Positions 29,313-39,075 of a stretch of 64,000 nt of DNA are shown here, in pieces. Source of the DNA: Paracoccaceae bacterium (GTDB lineage: Bacteria > Pseudomonadota > Alphaproteobacteria > Rhodobacterales > Rhodobacteraceae). The stretch is from contig CBDBPW010000001.1 of NCBI GenBank assembly GCA_965209045.1, forward strand, positions 258,111-322,110, in the 5' to 3' direction. A program made the translations under genes and the position numbers. A model generated the notes under the pieces. It saw only the letters and a list, made by a program, of their open reading frames with translations. It had not been told where the DNA came from and did no database searches. Position 1 is the first letter of the stretch, and each line of letters starts with the position of its first letter.

Positions 29313-30092
29313 ATGACGTGGACAGTCCAGCCGCGGTCTGAGGCCAGGGGCATCAGCTTCATTCGTGTCGGCACGGGCTCCAGGCTGTATCTGGTGCACG
29401 GCGTGGGCCTGCGAGCGGAGGCATGGATGGCGCAAGTCAGCAAACTGTCGGCGACGCTGCACTGCCGTGCCTTTGACCTCCCGGGCCACGGTGCGAGTCG
29501 CGCCCTGCCGCGCCCCGCGACGCTGACGCAGTTCACGGACCGCATCGCGGCTGCAATCGATGCACCGGGAGTCGTTGCCGGACATTCGATGGGCGCGATG
29601 ATCGCGCTCGACCTGGCGGTCCGCCATCCACAACTGGTCCAGGGCGTTGCTGCGCTGAACGCCATCTATTGCCGCAGCCCGAAAGCCGCAGAGGCGGTGC
29701 GACGACGCGCGGCGGACCTGTCCACCACGGAACTGGCAGATCCGGAAGCGACCCTGACGCGCTGGTTTGCCGATCAGGACACCGCCGAGCGGCGTGCATG
29801 CCGGAAGTGGCTGACCGGAGTGGCCACTGAGCACTACAGGACGGCCTATGAGGTGTTCGCGGCGGAGAATGGACCTGCAGATGCGGATCTGGCCCGCGTG
29901 ACATGCCCGGGGCTGTTCATGACCGGCGGCAGTGATCCAAACTCGACCCCGGCGATGAGCGAAGCGATGGCACGGATCGCACCGAATGCCCGTGCCGTCA
30001 TCGTTGCGGGGGCGGCGCACATGATGCAAATGACGCATGCGGGAAAAGTGAACGCCGCGCTTGAAGACCTGATCCGGGAGGCGACCCGATGA
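29313..30092 (+). CDS. alpha/beta-fold hydrolase
   Basis: Nucleophile elbow GHSMGA and C-terminal ..GAAHMMQMTH. GGAGAA precedes ATG 29313. Confidence 0.8.
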   Translation: MTWTVQPRSEARGISFIRVGTGSRLYLVHGVGLRAEAWMAQVSKLSATLHCRAFDLPGHGASRALPRPATLTQFTDRIAAAIDAPGVVAGHSMGAMIALDLAVRHPQLVQGVAALNAIYCRSPKAAEAVRRRAADLSTTELADPEATLTRWFADQDTAERRACRKWLTGVATEHYRTAYEVFAAENGPADADLARVTCPGLFMTGGSDPNSTPAMSEAMARIAPNARAVIVAGAAHMMQMTHAGKVNAALEDLIREATR

Positions 30093-31003
30093 CTCCGCCC
30101 GATCGCCGCGCCCTGCGGGATGCCTTTGGCGGGTTCATGACCGGCGTGACCGTCGTGACGACGCGGGAGCCTGACGGGTCGGCCCTTGGATTCACGGCCA
30201 ACTCCTTTTCTTCGGTCTCCCTGGAGCCGCCGATGCTGTTGGTCTGCTCCGGCCGGTCGCTGTCGAGCCACGACGTCTTCGCGACTTGCGCTCACTTCGC
30301 CGTGTCGGTCCTGGCCGAGGGGCAGGAAGACGTGTCGAACGTCTTCGCCAGCTTCAAGGGGGACCGGTTCGCCCGGATTGCCCATGCCCCCGATGCCAAT
30401 GGCATCCCTGTGATCGACGGCGCTGTCGCCAAGTTCTCCTGCCGCAGGGTGCGATCCATCCCAGGGGGCGATCACACCATACTTCTGGGGGAGGTCACCG
30501 GCTTCACGCACAGTGACGGGTTGGGTCTTGGCTACGCCCGGGGGCGATACTTCAGCCTGGGCCTGGAACGCGCCGCGGTGTTTGCCGACAGCACCCGCCG
30601 GATAGTGGCTGCTGCCCTGATCGAGCAGGACGGCCATGTCCTGCTGGAAGAGGGCCAGGGAGGACTGCGTCCCCCGCAGTTCGAGTTCGAGGCTCAAGGC
30701 AATCTTCGCGCCGCAATGGAGGCACGACTGGCCGGATCCGTCATTCTGGGAAGCGCCTACTCCATCTTTGACGACAGGCAGACCAACACCCACTATACGT
30801 GTTTCTTGGCGCAAGCCACGCAAGGCTGCGCGCTGGCGGGAAGGCTTGTCCCGATCGACGATCTCGCAGGCTTGACCTTCGAGACGCCGGCGATTGCCGC
30901 GCTGTGCACTCGATTCGCCCTCGAATACGGCACCCGGGACTTCACCCTTTATGTCGGCGACGAGGCGTCCGGAGACCGGCACGAGATCAGCAAGGAGCCT
31001 TGA
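30089..31003 (+). CDS. flavin reductase domain protein with a C-terminal extension of about 140 aa
   Basis: LRDAFGGFMTGVTVVTT..GFTANSFSSVSLEPPMLLVC is an HpaC/RutF-type flavin reductase domain. Residues ~165-304 form an extra domain. Start overlaps the upstream stop (ATGA). Confidence 0.8.
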   Translation: MTPPDRRALRDAFGGFMTGVTVVTTREPDGSALGFTANSFSSVSLEPPMLLVCSGRSLSSHDVFATCAHFAVSVLAEGQEDVSNVFASFKGDRFARIAHAPDANGIPVIDGAVAKFSCRRVRSIPGGDHTILLGEVTGFTHSDGLGLGYARGRYFSLGLERAAVFADSTRRIVAAALIEQDGHVLLEEGQGGLRPPQFEFEAQGNLRAAMEARLAGSVILGSAYSIFDDRQTNTHYTCFLAQATQGCALAGRLVPIDDLAGLTFETPAIAALCTRFALEYGTRDFTLYVGDEASGDRHEISKEP

Positions 31004-31005
31004 CC

Positions 31006-32040
31006 ATGGAGTTTTCGCTGTTTTCCCATATGGAACGCCTGACGCCAGAACAGTCGCATGCGGAGCTGTACGAGGACTTCGTTTCGCTGTGCCAAATGGC
31101 TGACGAGGGCGGGATGCGGGCGATCTGGACCGGTGAACATCACGGAATGGAGTTCACGATCGCGCCCAACCCCTTCCTGTCGCTCATGGACCTGTCACAT
31201 CGCACCAGGAATGTCCGGTTGGGTACCGGCACCGTCATCGTGCCGTTCTGGCATCCGATCAAGCTTGCCGGCGAAGCTGCCGCGACCGATCTGATGACCG
31301 GCGGCAGGCTGGAACTGGGAATCGCCCGCGGCGCCTATTCCTATGAGTACGAGCGTCTCATGCCGGGGCTGGACGCCTGGGAGGCCGGACAGCGAATGCG
31401 GGAAACTGCGCCACTGCTGCGCCAACTGTGGCAGGGCGATTGCGCCCATGACGGAAAGTACTTCAGCTTCCCGGCGTCCACGTCCTCGCCCAAGCCGGTG
31501 CAACCTGGCGGCCCGCCCATCTGGGTCGCGGCCCGCGACCCCAACAGTCACGAATTCGCGGTGCAAAACGGCTTCAACGTGCAGGTCACGCCCCTTTGGA
31601 AGGGCGACGAAGAGATCGATACGCTGATGGGCCGCTTCAAGGACGCCTGCGCGGGCCATGACGGGCCGCGCCCAAAAGTCCTGCTGCTGCATCACACCTA
31701 TGTCGGAACCGATGCCGGGGACATCGATCAGGCTGTGCAGGACCTGACGCGGTATTTCGCCTACTTCGGGGCGTGGTTCCAGAACAAGCGACCCGTGTCA
31801 CAGGGCCTGATCCAGGCGCTTGGCGGAGAAGAGGTTGCCGCCAACAGGATGATCTCTCCCGAAGCGATCAGGCGCGACCTGACCATCGGGACCGCGCAGC
31901 AGGTGATCGACCGGCTGAAACGCTACGAGGACCTGGGATACGACGAGTTTTCGCTTTGGATCGACAGCGGCATGACGATAGACCGGAAGCGTGCCTCGCT
32001 GGCACGCTTCATTGACGACGTGATGCCCGCATTCGCATGA
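31006..32040 (+). CDS. LLM-class (luciferase-like) flavin-dependent monooxygenase
   Basis: MEFSLFSHMERL..IWTGEHHGMEFTIAPNP..GRLELGIARG are typical LLM motifs. Starts at ATG 31006, inside a longer track ORF. Confidence 0.85.
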   Translation: MEFSLFSHMERLTPEQSHAELYEDFVSLCQMADEGGMRAIWTGEHHGMEFTIAPNPFLSLMDLSHRTRNVRLGTGTVIVPFWHPIKLAGEAAATDLMTGGRLELGIARGAYSYEYERLMPGLDAWEAGQRMRETAPLLRQLWQGDCAHDGKYFSFPASTSSPKPVQPGGPPIWVAARDPNSHEFAVQNGFNVQVTPLWKGDEEIDTLMGRFKDACAGHDGPRPKVLLLHHTYVGTDAGDIDQAVQDLTRYFAYFGAWFQNKRPVSQGLIQALGGEEVAANRMISPEAIRRDLTIGTAQQVIDRLKRYEDLGYDEFSLWIDSGMTIDRKRASLARFIDDVMPAFA

Positions 32041-32047
32041 GGCTGCC

Positions 32048-33526
32048 ATGACCGAAAGGCCGCACTTTCAGCTGTATGTCGACGGGGCATGGACCGAAGG
32101 ATCTGCCGCCAAAGTCATGAAGTCGCAGAAGCCGGCTGACGGGCAGGACTGGGCGACCTTCGCCTGCGCGGCACCCGAAGATGTCGATCACGCCGTGACT
32201 GCCGCCCGGCGGGCCCTCGAAGATCCGGCCTGGCGCGACTTGACCCAGACGGCGCGAGGGCATCTCTTGTTCAGGCTTGCCGACCTTGTGGAGCGGAATT
32301 CCGAACGGCTCGCGCGGCTGGAGACCACCGACAGTGGCAAGCTCCTGGCCGAAACCGCGGCCCAGACAAACTATGTCGGCAGCTACTACCGTTACTTCGC
32401 CGGGCTGGCCGACAAGATCGAAGGCGCTGTGCTTCCGATCGACAAGCCCGGCATGCACGTCTTTACCCGCCGCGAACCGATTGGAGCGGTTGCGGCCATC
32501 GTGCCGTGGAACGCGCAGATGTTCCTGGCGGCAACCAAGCTTGGCCCGGCGCTTGCCGCCGGGTGCAGCGTTGTCCTGAAGGCGTCAGAGATCGCGCCTG
32601 CCCCGATGCTGGAATTTGCCCGGCTGGTCGACGAGGCCGGCTTTCCGCCCGGCGTTGTCTCGGTCATCACCGGGGACGCGGAAAACTGCGCCATTCCGCT
32701 GACGCGCCATCCAGATGTGGCACGCATCGCCTTCACGGGAGGGCCAGAGACTGCGCGCCACGTGATAAGGAATTCGGCCGAGAACTTTGCCGTAACGACG
32801 CTGGAGCTGGGTGGCAAGTCACCCATCCTCGTGTTCGACGACGCCGACCTGGACAGCGCGACCAACGGATTGATCGCAGGGAACTTTGGTGCATCGGGCC
32901 AAAGCTGCGTCGCTGGCTCGCGCGGCCTGGTGCAACGGGGCATCCTTGAGTCGCTGGTCGCAAGGATTGCAGAGAGGGCCGGCAGCATCACTGTCGGCGA
33001 CCCGCTTGATCCTGCGACCCATGTCGGGCCGCTTTGCACAAGGGCTCAGATCGAGAGAATCGAGGCGACCCTGGCGCAGGCCGTCAGCCAGGGCGCCACC
33101 ATACACTTCGGCGGAGCGCCGCTCGACCGGCCCGGGAACTACATGCAGCCGACGCTGGTGGAATGTCCCGGACCCGACATAAGCACACTTGAAGTGGAAA
33201 TGTTCGGTCCGGTCATGTCGCTCCTGCCCTTCGACACCGAAGAAGACGCGATCCGGCTGGCGAACGACACGGACTTCGGGCTGGGATCAGGTGTATTCAC
33301 GAACAGCCTGGCCCGTGCCCACCGCGTTTCCTCGCGCCTCCGGGCCGGAATTTGCTGGGTGAACACGTACCGCGCGATTTCGCCGATTGCACCCTTTGGC
33401 GGCTTCGGTCACTCTGGATTCGGCCGCGAAGGCGGGATCGAGGCAGTCCTGGACTACACGCGCACCAAGACGACCTGGATCAACACGGCCGATGCGCCGA
33501 TGGCAAACCCGTTCACCATGCGGTGA
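32048..33526 (+). CDS. NAD(P)-dependent aldehyde dehydrogenase
   Basis: 492 aa with ELGGKSP, the GQSCVAGSR catalytic Cys motif and PFGGFGHSGFGRE. Confidence 0.9.
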   Translation: MTERPHFQLYVDGAWTEGSAAKVMKSQKPADGQDWATFACAAPEDVDHAVTAARRALEDPAWRDLTQTARGHLLFRLADLVERNSERLARLETTDSGKLLAETAAQTNYVGSYYRYFAGLADKIEGAVLPIDKPGMHVFTRREPIGAVAAIVPWNAQMFLAATKLGPALAAGCSVVLKASEIAPAPMLEFARLVDEAGFPPGVVSVITGDAENCAIPLTRHPDVARIAFTGGPETARHVIRNSAENFAVTTLELGGKSPILVFDDADLDSATNGLIAGNFGASGQSCVAGSRGLVQRGILESLVARIAERAGSITVGDPLDPATHVGPLCTRAQIERIEATLAQAVSQGATIHFGGAPLDRPGNYMQPTLVECPGPDISTLEVEMFGPVMSLLPFDTEEDAIRLANDTDFGLGSGVFTNSLARAHRVSSRLRAGICWVNTYRAISPIAPFGGFGHSGFGREGGIEAVLDYTRTKTTWINTADAPMANPFTMR

Positions 33527-33846
33527 GATGCAAGAAGTTGCATTGGGCGGCTCCCGCGGCCGGCGCCAACTGCAGCAACGCCTTCGCGATGCCCGCATTC
33601 CGGCATCGAGACAGTTGCCTGTCCTTGCGCCGCCAATCTGTCATCCGCGACATTGCTGTCTCGGGTTTCCTGCCAGTCGGCGCACCCGCGGCAGCGCGGC
33701 CATGGCCGCGCCATTGACGACAGGCGTCAAATCTCCAATCTTGGCTCGATTCGAAGTTCAAAAGATCCGGACACACGCCCTTAACTGTTGAAATTGCGAA
33801 CTTGCTGGTGTTGGGTGCAAGTTGACAAGTCCTCGGGGGAGACCAC

Positions 33847-34947
33847 ATGGGCGCATCGCAGACCGCCGACAACTTCGTGGTGTTCGAGAAGGTCCAGAAG
33901 AGCTACGACGGCGAAACGCTCGTCGTCAAGGATCTGAACCTGGCCATCGCAAAGGGCGAGTTCCTTACCATGCTGGGGCCTTCCGGTTCGGGAAAGACAA
34001 CCTGCCTGATGATGCTCGCGGGCTTCGAGACCGCGACTCATGGCGAAATCCTCCTCGACGGCAAGCCCATCAACAACATCCCTCCTCACAAGCGCGGCAT
34101 CGGAATGGTCTTCCAGAACTACGCGCTGTTTCCCCACATGACGGTCGCCGAGAATCTCGCTTTCCCGCTTGAGGTTCGCAAGATCGGCAAGGCCGAGCGC
34201 GAGGAGAAGGTGCAGCGCGCGCTCGGCATGGTGCAGATGGGCGAGTTTGGAGGTCGCCGCCCGGCCCAGCTGTCCGGCGGCCAGCAGCAGCGGATCGCGC
34301 TCGCCCGCGCGCTAGTGTTCGAGCCCGAGCTTGTGCTGATGGACGAACCTCTCGGCGCGCTCGACAAGCAGCTTCGCGAGCACATGCAGTTCGAAATCAC
34401 GAACCTTGCGCACGAGCTTGGCATCACCACGGTGTATGTCACCCACGACCAGACCGAAGCGCTTACCATGTCGGACCGCGTTGCGGTGTTCGACGACGGC
34501 CGGATCCAGCAGCTTGCAGCGCCGGACGTTCTGTACGAGGAACCCGAAAACAGCTTCGTGGCGCAGTTCATCGGCGAGAACAACACGCTCTTGGGCAAGG
34601 TGGAATCGATAGAGAACGGGAATTGCACCGTGAGCCTCGATTCCGGCGAGACAATCGACGCCAAGGCCGTGAACGTGTCCTCGGTCGGCGAACGCACGCT
34701 GGTCTCGATTCGACCCGAGCGCGTCGAAATCAACAAGAGCCGCCTGATGGAAGGCGCACATACGCTCAGGGCGGAAGTGCTTGAGTTCATTTACATGGGG
34801 GACGTGTTCCGCACCCGGCTTCGGGTCGCGGGCAAGGACGACTTCGTCGTCAAGACCCGGAATGCCCCGGACCAGGTTCGGCTGGAAGCCGGGAAATTCA
34901 TCGAATTGGGGTGGTTGCCAGATGACTGCCGCGCGCTAGATGCCTGA
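33847..34947 (+). CDS. ABC transporter ATP-binding protein (PotA-like)
   Basis: GPSGSGKTT, LSGGQQQRIALARA, VLMDEPLGALD. Confidence 0.9.
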   Translation: MGASQTADNFVVFEKVQKSYDGETLVVKDLNLAIAKGEFLTMLGPSGSGKTTCLMMLAGFETATHGEILLDGKPINNIPPHKRGIGMVFQNYALFPHMTVAENLAFPLEVRKIGKAEREEKVQRALGMVQMGEFGGRRPAQLSGGQQQRIALARALVFEPELVLMDEPLGALDKQLREHMQFEITNLAHELGITTVYVTHDQTEALTMSDRVAVFDDGRIQQLAAPDVLYEEPENSFVAQFIGENNTLLGKVESIENGNCTVSLDSGETIDAKAVNVSSVGERTLVSIRPERVEINKSRLMEGAHTLRAEVLEFIYMGDVFRTRLRVAGKDDFVVKTRNAPDQVRLEAGKFIELGWLPDDCRALDA

Positions 34948-35050
34948 CTGGCGTGCGTGCAGTGCCATCCGGCACTCCAAATGGGGAGCTCGAGTGTCAA
35001 TCCCGAGACCGGAGTTTCCGCAACGAAGTCGGGAAAGGAGGAAGACTGAG

Positions 35051-36160
35051 ATGAAACTCAAGAAGACAGTACTTGCAGCGGCAGCCCTCGCCCTGTCGGC
35101 GGGGCCTACCGCCGTTTCGGCCGAGCTGGCCGACGACATCACGCTCGTCTCATGGGGCGGTGCGTATCAGAAGTCGCAGCATCGCGCCTACGTGGAGCCT
35201 TACATCGCGGACAATCCCGGGGTCACCGCGGTGTGGGACGAAAGCTCGTACGAAGCGGTGGCCAAGCTGCGCGCGATGAACGAGGCCGGCAACGTCACGT
35301 GGGACCTCGTCGACGTCGTCGCGTCTGACGCCATTCGCCTCTGCGACGAAGGCCTCGCCATGGAAATCAACCATGACGAGCTGCTGGCGCCAGCACCCGA
35401 CGGCACGCCGGCATCCGAGGACTTCGGCGACCTGATCGTCTCGGACTGCTTCATCCCGCAGATCGTCTACTCGACCACCTTCGGCTACCGGACCGACATG
35501 GTCGGCTCGACGCCGCCGACCGACGTATGCGCGGTCTTCGACACGGAGATGTATCCCGGAAAGCGCTCTCTTGAGAAACGCCCCATCAACAACATGGAAT
35601 GGGCCCTGATCTGCGATGGCGTGCCGAAGGCCGACGTCTATGACGTGCTTGAAACGGAGGAGGGCCAGGCCCGCGCCTTTGCCAAGCTCGACACCATCAA
35701 GGACGACGTGATCTGGTGGAGTGCCGGAGCCGACACGCCGCAGCTCCTCGCCGACGGAGAGGTCGTGATCGGATCGACCTACAACGGCCGCCTTTTCTCC
35801 GTCATCGAGGAACAGAACCAGCCGGTCGCAGTGCTCTGGGATGCGCAGGTCTTCGACCTGGATGGCTGGATCATACCGGTCGGCCTGCCTGCGGACCGCC
35901 TTGCGCGCGCCGAGGACTTCGTGAGGTTCGCCACGGACACGCAGCGACTGGCGGACCAGGCCAAGTACATCAGCTACGGCCCGGCACGCATGTCCTCCGC
36001 GCCGCTTGTCGGCCAGCATGCCGACCTTGGCATTGACATGGCGCCGCACATGCCGACGGACCCGGAGAACGCCAAGAACACCTTCCTCTACAACTACGAG
36101 TGGTGGGCGGACTACCGTGACGACCTGGACGCCAAGTTCCAGGCCTGGCTGGCGCAATAG
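35051..36160 (+). CDS. ABC transporter substrate-binding protein (PotD/PotF-like)
   Basis: GGAAAGGAGGAAGACTGAG precedes ATG 35051. Signal peptide MKLKKTVLAAAALALSAGPTAVSA. Confidence 0.85.
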   Translation: MKLKKTVLAAAALALSAGPTAVSAELADDITLVSWGGAYQKSQHRAYVEPYIADNPGVTAVWDESSYEAVAKLRAMNEAGNVTWDLVDVVASDAIRLCDEGLAMEINHDELLAPAPDGTPASEDFGDLIVSDCFIPQIVYSTTFGYRTDMVGSTPPTDVCAVFDTEMYPGKRSLEKRPINNMEWALICDGVPKADVYDVLETEEGQARAFAKLDTIKDDVIWWSAGADTPQLLADGEVVIGSTYNGRLFSVIEEQNQPVAVLWDAQVFDLDGWIIPVGLPADRLARAEDFVRFATDTQRLADQAKYISYGPARMSSAPLVGQHADLGIDMAPHMPTDPENAKNTFLYNYEWWADYRDDLDAKFQAWLAQ

Positions 36161-36172
36161 CGCGAACAGTGG

Positions 36173-36200
36173 AACAGGCCGGATTCCGGTCCGGCCTGTT
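36173..36200 (+). other. intercistronic stem-loop (10-bp perfect stem), possible attenuator or mRNA-stabilising hairpin
   Basis: AACAGGCCGG (36173-36182) pairs with CCGGCCTGTT (36191-36200). No U-tract follows. Confidence 0.4.
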
Positions 36201-36215
36201 TCGACAGGGGGGAAG

Positions 36216-36509
36216 ATGCCGAAGGGCTACATAATTGCGCACATCACCGTTCGCGATCCTGACGCCTACAAGGAGTATGTGGCAAAGGACACGCCCATCC
36301 TGGAAGGGTTGGGCGCAAGGTTCGTCATCCGTGGCGGAAGGTCCAGGCAGGTTGAAGGCGAACTGCACGAGCGACATGTCGTGATCGAGTTCCCGTCCTA
36401 CGAGGATGCGCTCGCCGCCTATCATGACCCAGAGTATCAGGCGGTCGCGGAGATTCGTCGTCGCACGGCAGAGAGCAGCGTCGTGGTCGTCGAGGGCCAC
36501 GACGCATGA
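36216..36509 (+). CDS. DUF1330 domain-containing protein
   Basis: 97 aa: MPKGYIIAHITVRDPDAYKEYV..VVIEFPSYEDALAAYHDPEYQ, the typical DUF1330 sequence. Embedded in the ABC operon. Confidence 0.8.
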   Translation: MPKGYIIAHITVRDPDAYKEYVAKDTPILEGLGARFVIRGGRSRQVEGELHERHVVIEFPSYEDALAAYHDPEYQAVAEIRRRTAESSVVVVEGHDA

Positions 36510-38047
36510 CCGCCATCGATTCTCCCGTCCTGACCGCGGACGGCACGCCCCTCAAGGCGAGCCTCAGACGGGCGCTTCGGCGCGAGAAGGCCCGCGCCTT
36601 CCTGCTGGTGGCTCCGCTGCTCCTCTTCGTTCTGTTGACCTTTATCGCTCCCATCGCGGACATGCTGTTCCGCTCGGTCGAGAACGGGATCGTCCACGAC
36701 ACGATCCCGCGCACGGTCCAGGCACTCCGCAACTGGGATCCGGAACAAGGCGGGGCACCGGGCGACGACGTGTTCGAGGCGTTCTACACGGACATGGTCT
36801 TCGCGGTCGAGCGCAAGAGCCATACGCGGCTCGGCTCCCGGCTCAACTATGAACGGACCGGCCTTGCGTCGCTGTTCCGAAAGTCGGGACGGCGCGTGGG
36901 CAAGTTTGACACCCAGGACTACGCGGATGCGTTCAACACGCTCGACCCGGCATGGAAAGATCCGGCAACCTGGGGCGCGCTGGCAGGTTCCGAGGGTGCC
37001 AGCCTCCCGCGCACCGCTTCCGCCTACGCGACCTGGCGGGACGTGGTCCATGCCGATGGCGACGATCCGCTCGAAGAGGAGCCTTGGGACGTCCTCTATG
37101 CGGCGCTCTATGCCGACCTGCTGCAGGCACCTGCGGGAGGATTCGGCAATCCGCTCCTGAACGACGCGCAGTCCGCAGCGGCCGGGTTCGAGCCAGTCAG
37201 CCTCCGCGAACAGTTCGGGGCAATTGACGAAGACTGGCTGGATCCTGAGGTGTGGCGGACCATACGGACATATGCGGGGCGCTACACCCCCGGCTACTTC
37301 CTGAATTCGGTCGACCTGAAACTGACCGCTGACGGCGTGCAGTACCGCGACGAGGGTGACCGCATCTACATCCTGCTCTTCGGACGCACGCTCTACATGT
37401 CGCTGGTGATAACGGTTTCCTGCATCCTTCTCGGCTACCCTGTGGCGTTCCTCCTCGCCAACCTGCCGCTGCGAACGGCGAACATCTTGATGATACTCGT
37501 GCTTCTTCCCTTCTGGACCTCGCTTCTGGTGCGAACGAGTTCGTGGAAAGTGCTGTTGCAGCAGCAGGGCGTCATCAACGACATTCTCGTGGCGCTCCGG
37601 ATCGTGGACGATGCGAGCAGGCTCATCCTCATCAACAACCAGACCGGCACGATCATCGCCATGACGCATATCCTGCTTCCGTTCATGATCCTGCCGCTCT
37701 ACTCGGTCATGAAGACCATACCGCCATCCTATGTCCGCGCAGCAAAGTCACTGGGCGCAACGGACTGGACAGCCTTCTGGCGCATCTACTTTCCGAACTC
37801 GGTGCCTGGAATCGGCGCGGGATCGGTGCTCGTGTTCATTCTGGCGATCGGCTACTACATCACGCCGGAACTGGTTGGCGGCACGCGCGGCGTCTTCATC
37901 TCCAACCGGATCGCGTATCACATTTCGTCATCGCTCAATTGGGGACTCGCGGCCGCGCTTGGAACGATCCTGCTCTTTGCCGTCCTGATCCTCTACTGGA
38001 CCTATGACAGGATCGTCGGCATCGACAACGTGAAGCTTGGAGGCTGA
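36506..38047 (+). CDS. ABC transporter permease (PotB-like) with an insertion of about 230 aa after TM1
   Basis: 513 aa. One N-terminal TM, a long hydrophilic region, then a canonical permease core with EAA loop YVRAAKSLGATDWTAFWRIYFP. Confidence 0.85.
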   Translation: MTAIDSPVLTADGTPLKASLRRALRREKARAFLLVAPLLLFVLLTFIAPIADMLFRSVENGIVHDTIPRTVQALRNWDPEQGGAPGDDVFEAFYTDMVFAVERKSHTRLGSRLNYERTGLASLFRKSGRRVGKFDTQDYADAFNTLDPAWKDPATWGALAGSEGASLPRTASAYATWRDVVHADGDDPLEEEPWDVLYAALYADLLQAPAGGFGNPLLNDAQSAAAGFEPVSLREQFGAIDEDWLDPEVWRTIRTYAGRYTPGYFLNSVDLKLTADGVQYRDEGDRIYILLFGRTLYMSLVITVSCILLGYPVAFLLANLPLRTANILMILVLLPFWTSLLVRTSSWKVLLQQQGVINDILVALRIVDDASRLILINNQTGTIIAMTHILLPFMILPLYSVMKTIPPSYVRAAKSLGATDWTAFWRIYFPNSVPGIGAGSVLVFILAIGYYITPELVGGTRGVFISNRIAYHISSSLNWGLAAALGTILLFAVLILYWTYDRIVGIDNVKLGG

Positions 38048-38048
38048 A

Positions 38049-38903
38049 GTGTCTGGCCTTCCTCCATATGCCTCCTTCACCCAGAAACTCTGGCACTACG
38101 CGTTCCGCGTGATCTGCGGCATTGTCTTCTTCTTTTTGATCGCCCCGATCATCGTGATCATTCCCTTGAGCTTCAACGCACAGGACTTCTTCACCTTCAC
38201 GCCCGAGATGCTTGCCCTTGATCCGGACGGATATTCGCTGAAGCACTACAATGACTTCTTCACCAATCCGGACTGGCAGCAGGCATTGTGGAACTCGATC
38301 CGCATTGCACCGATGGCCACGCTCCTCTCCGTGTCATTCGGGACCTTGGCCGCAATCGGCCTGAGCCAGCCGCACGTGCCCTTCCGGCGGGCAATCATGG
38401 CAATGCTGATCTCTCCGATGATCGTGCCGCTGATCATATCCGCGGCCGGCATGTATTTCTTCTACAGCCGAATCGGACTTCAAGGCTCCTACTGGGGCGT
38501 CGTGCTGGCCCATGCAGCGCTTGGGATCCCCTTTGTCATCATCACGGTGACGGCAACGCTGGTCGGCTTCGACCGGAGCCTCACTCGCGCCGCTGCCAGC
38601 CTGGGCGCGAACCCGGTCACGACCTTTGCCAAGGTCCAGATGCCACTCATTCTGCCTGGCGTGATATCAGGCGGGCTCTTCGCCTTCATCACGTCCTTTG
38701 ACGAGGTCGTCGTCGTGCTCTTTGTCGGTTCGGCGGGTCAGAAGACGCTGCCCTGGCAAATGTTCACCGGGCTCCGCGAACAGATCAGCCCCACCATCCT
38801 TGCGGTTGCCACGATCCTCGTGACGGTTTCGGTCGTCCTGCTTGCCACGATCGAGATTCTCCGTCGCCGCTCCGAGCGGCTGCGAGGCATGTCGCCAGGC
38901 TGA
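38049..38903 (+). CDS. ABC transporter permease (PotC-like)
   Basis: GGAGG is 5 nt before GTG 38049 (track start TTG 38037). EAA loop LTRAAASLGANPVTTFAKVQMP. Confidence 0.85.
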   Translation: MSGLPPYASFTQKLWHYAFRVICGIVFFFLIAPIIVIIPLSFNAQDFFTFTPEMLALDPDGYSLKHYNDFFTNPDWQQALWNSIRIAPMATLLSVSFGTLAAIGLSQPHVPFRRAIMAMLISPMIVPLIISAAGMYFFYSRIGLQGSYWGVVLAHAALGIPFVIITVTATLVGFDRSLTRAAASLGANPVTTFAKVQMPLILPGVISGGLFAFITSFDEVVVVLFVGSAGQKTLPWQMFTGLREQISPTILAVATILVTVSVVLLATIEILRRRSERLRGMSPG

Positions 38904-38995
38904 GAACGTTCCCTGGCACAGGGGCCCAAGCCTGCCGCGATCGACGGTTCCCGCGACGCACGCCGCATTTCCGGTCGCGATTCCCTCTCCGCCAG

Positions 38996-39027
38996 AAAAA
39001 GACGGGCGGGCCGATTGGCCCGCCCGT
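38996..39027 (-). terminator. rho-independent terminator of phasin gene 1
   Basis: Minus strand: ACGGGCGGGCC-AATC-GGCCCGCCCGT followed by CTTTTTC. Confidence 0.75.
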
Positions 39028-39034
39028 TCCGTTC

Positions 39035-39055
39035 GCCAACAGGGAGGAGGTTGGC
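39035..39055 (-). ncRNA. 3' UTR hairpin with a CCUCCUCCC-type loop (cuckoo/CcsR-like motif)
   Basis: Minus-strand RNA GCCAAC-CUCCUCCCU-GUUGGC, 20 nt after the phasin stop codon and directly before the terminator. Confidence 0.5.
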
Positions 39056-39075
39056 AACAGACCGCCGCTTACCCG

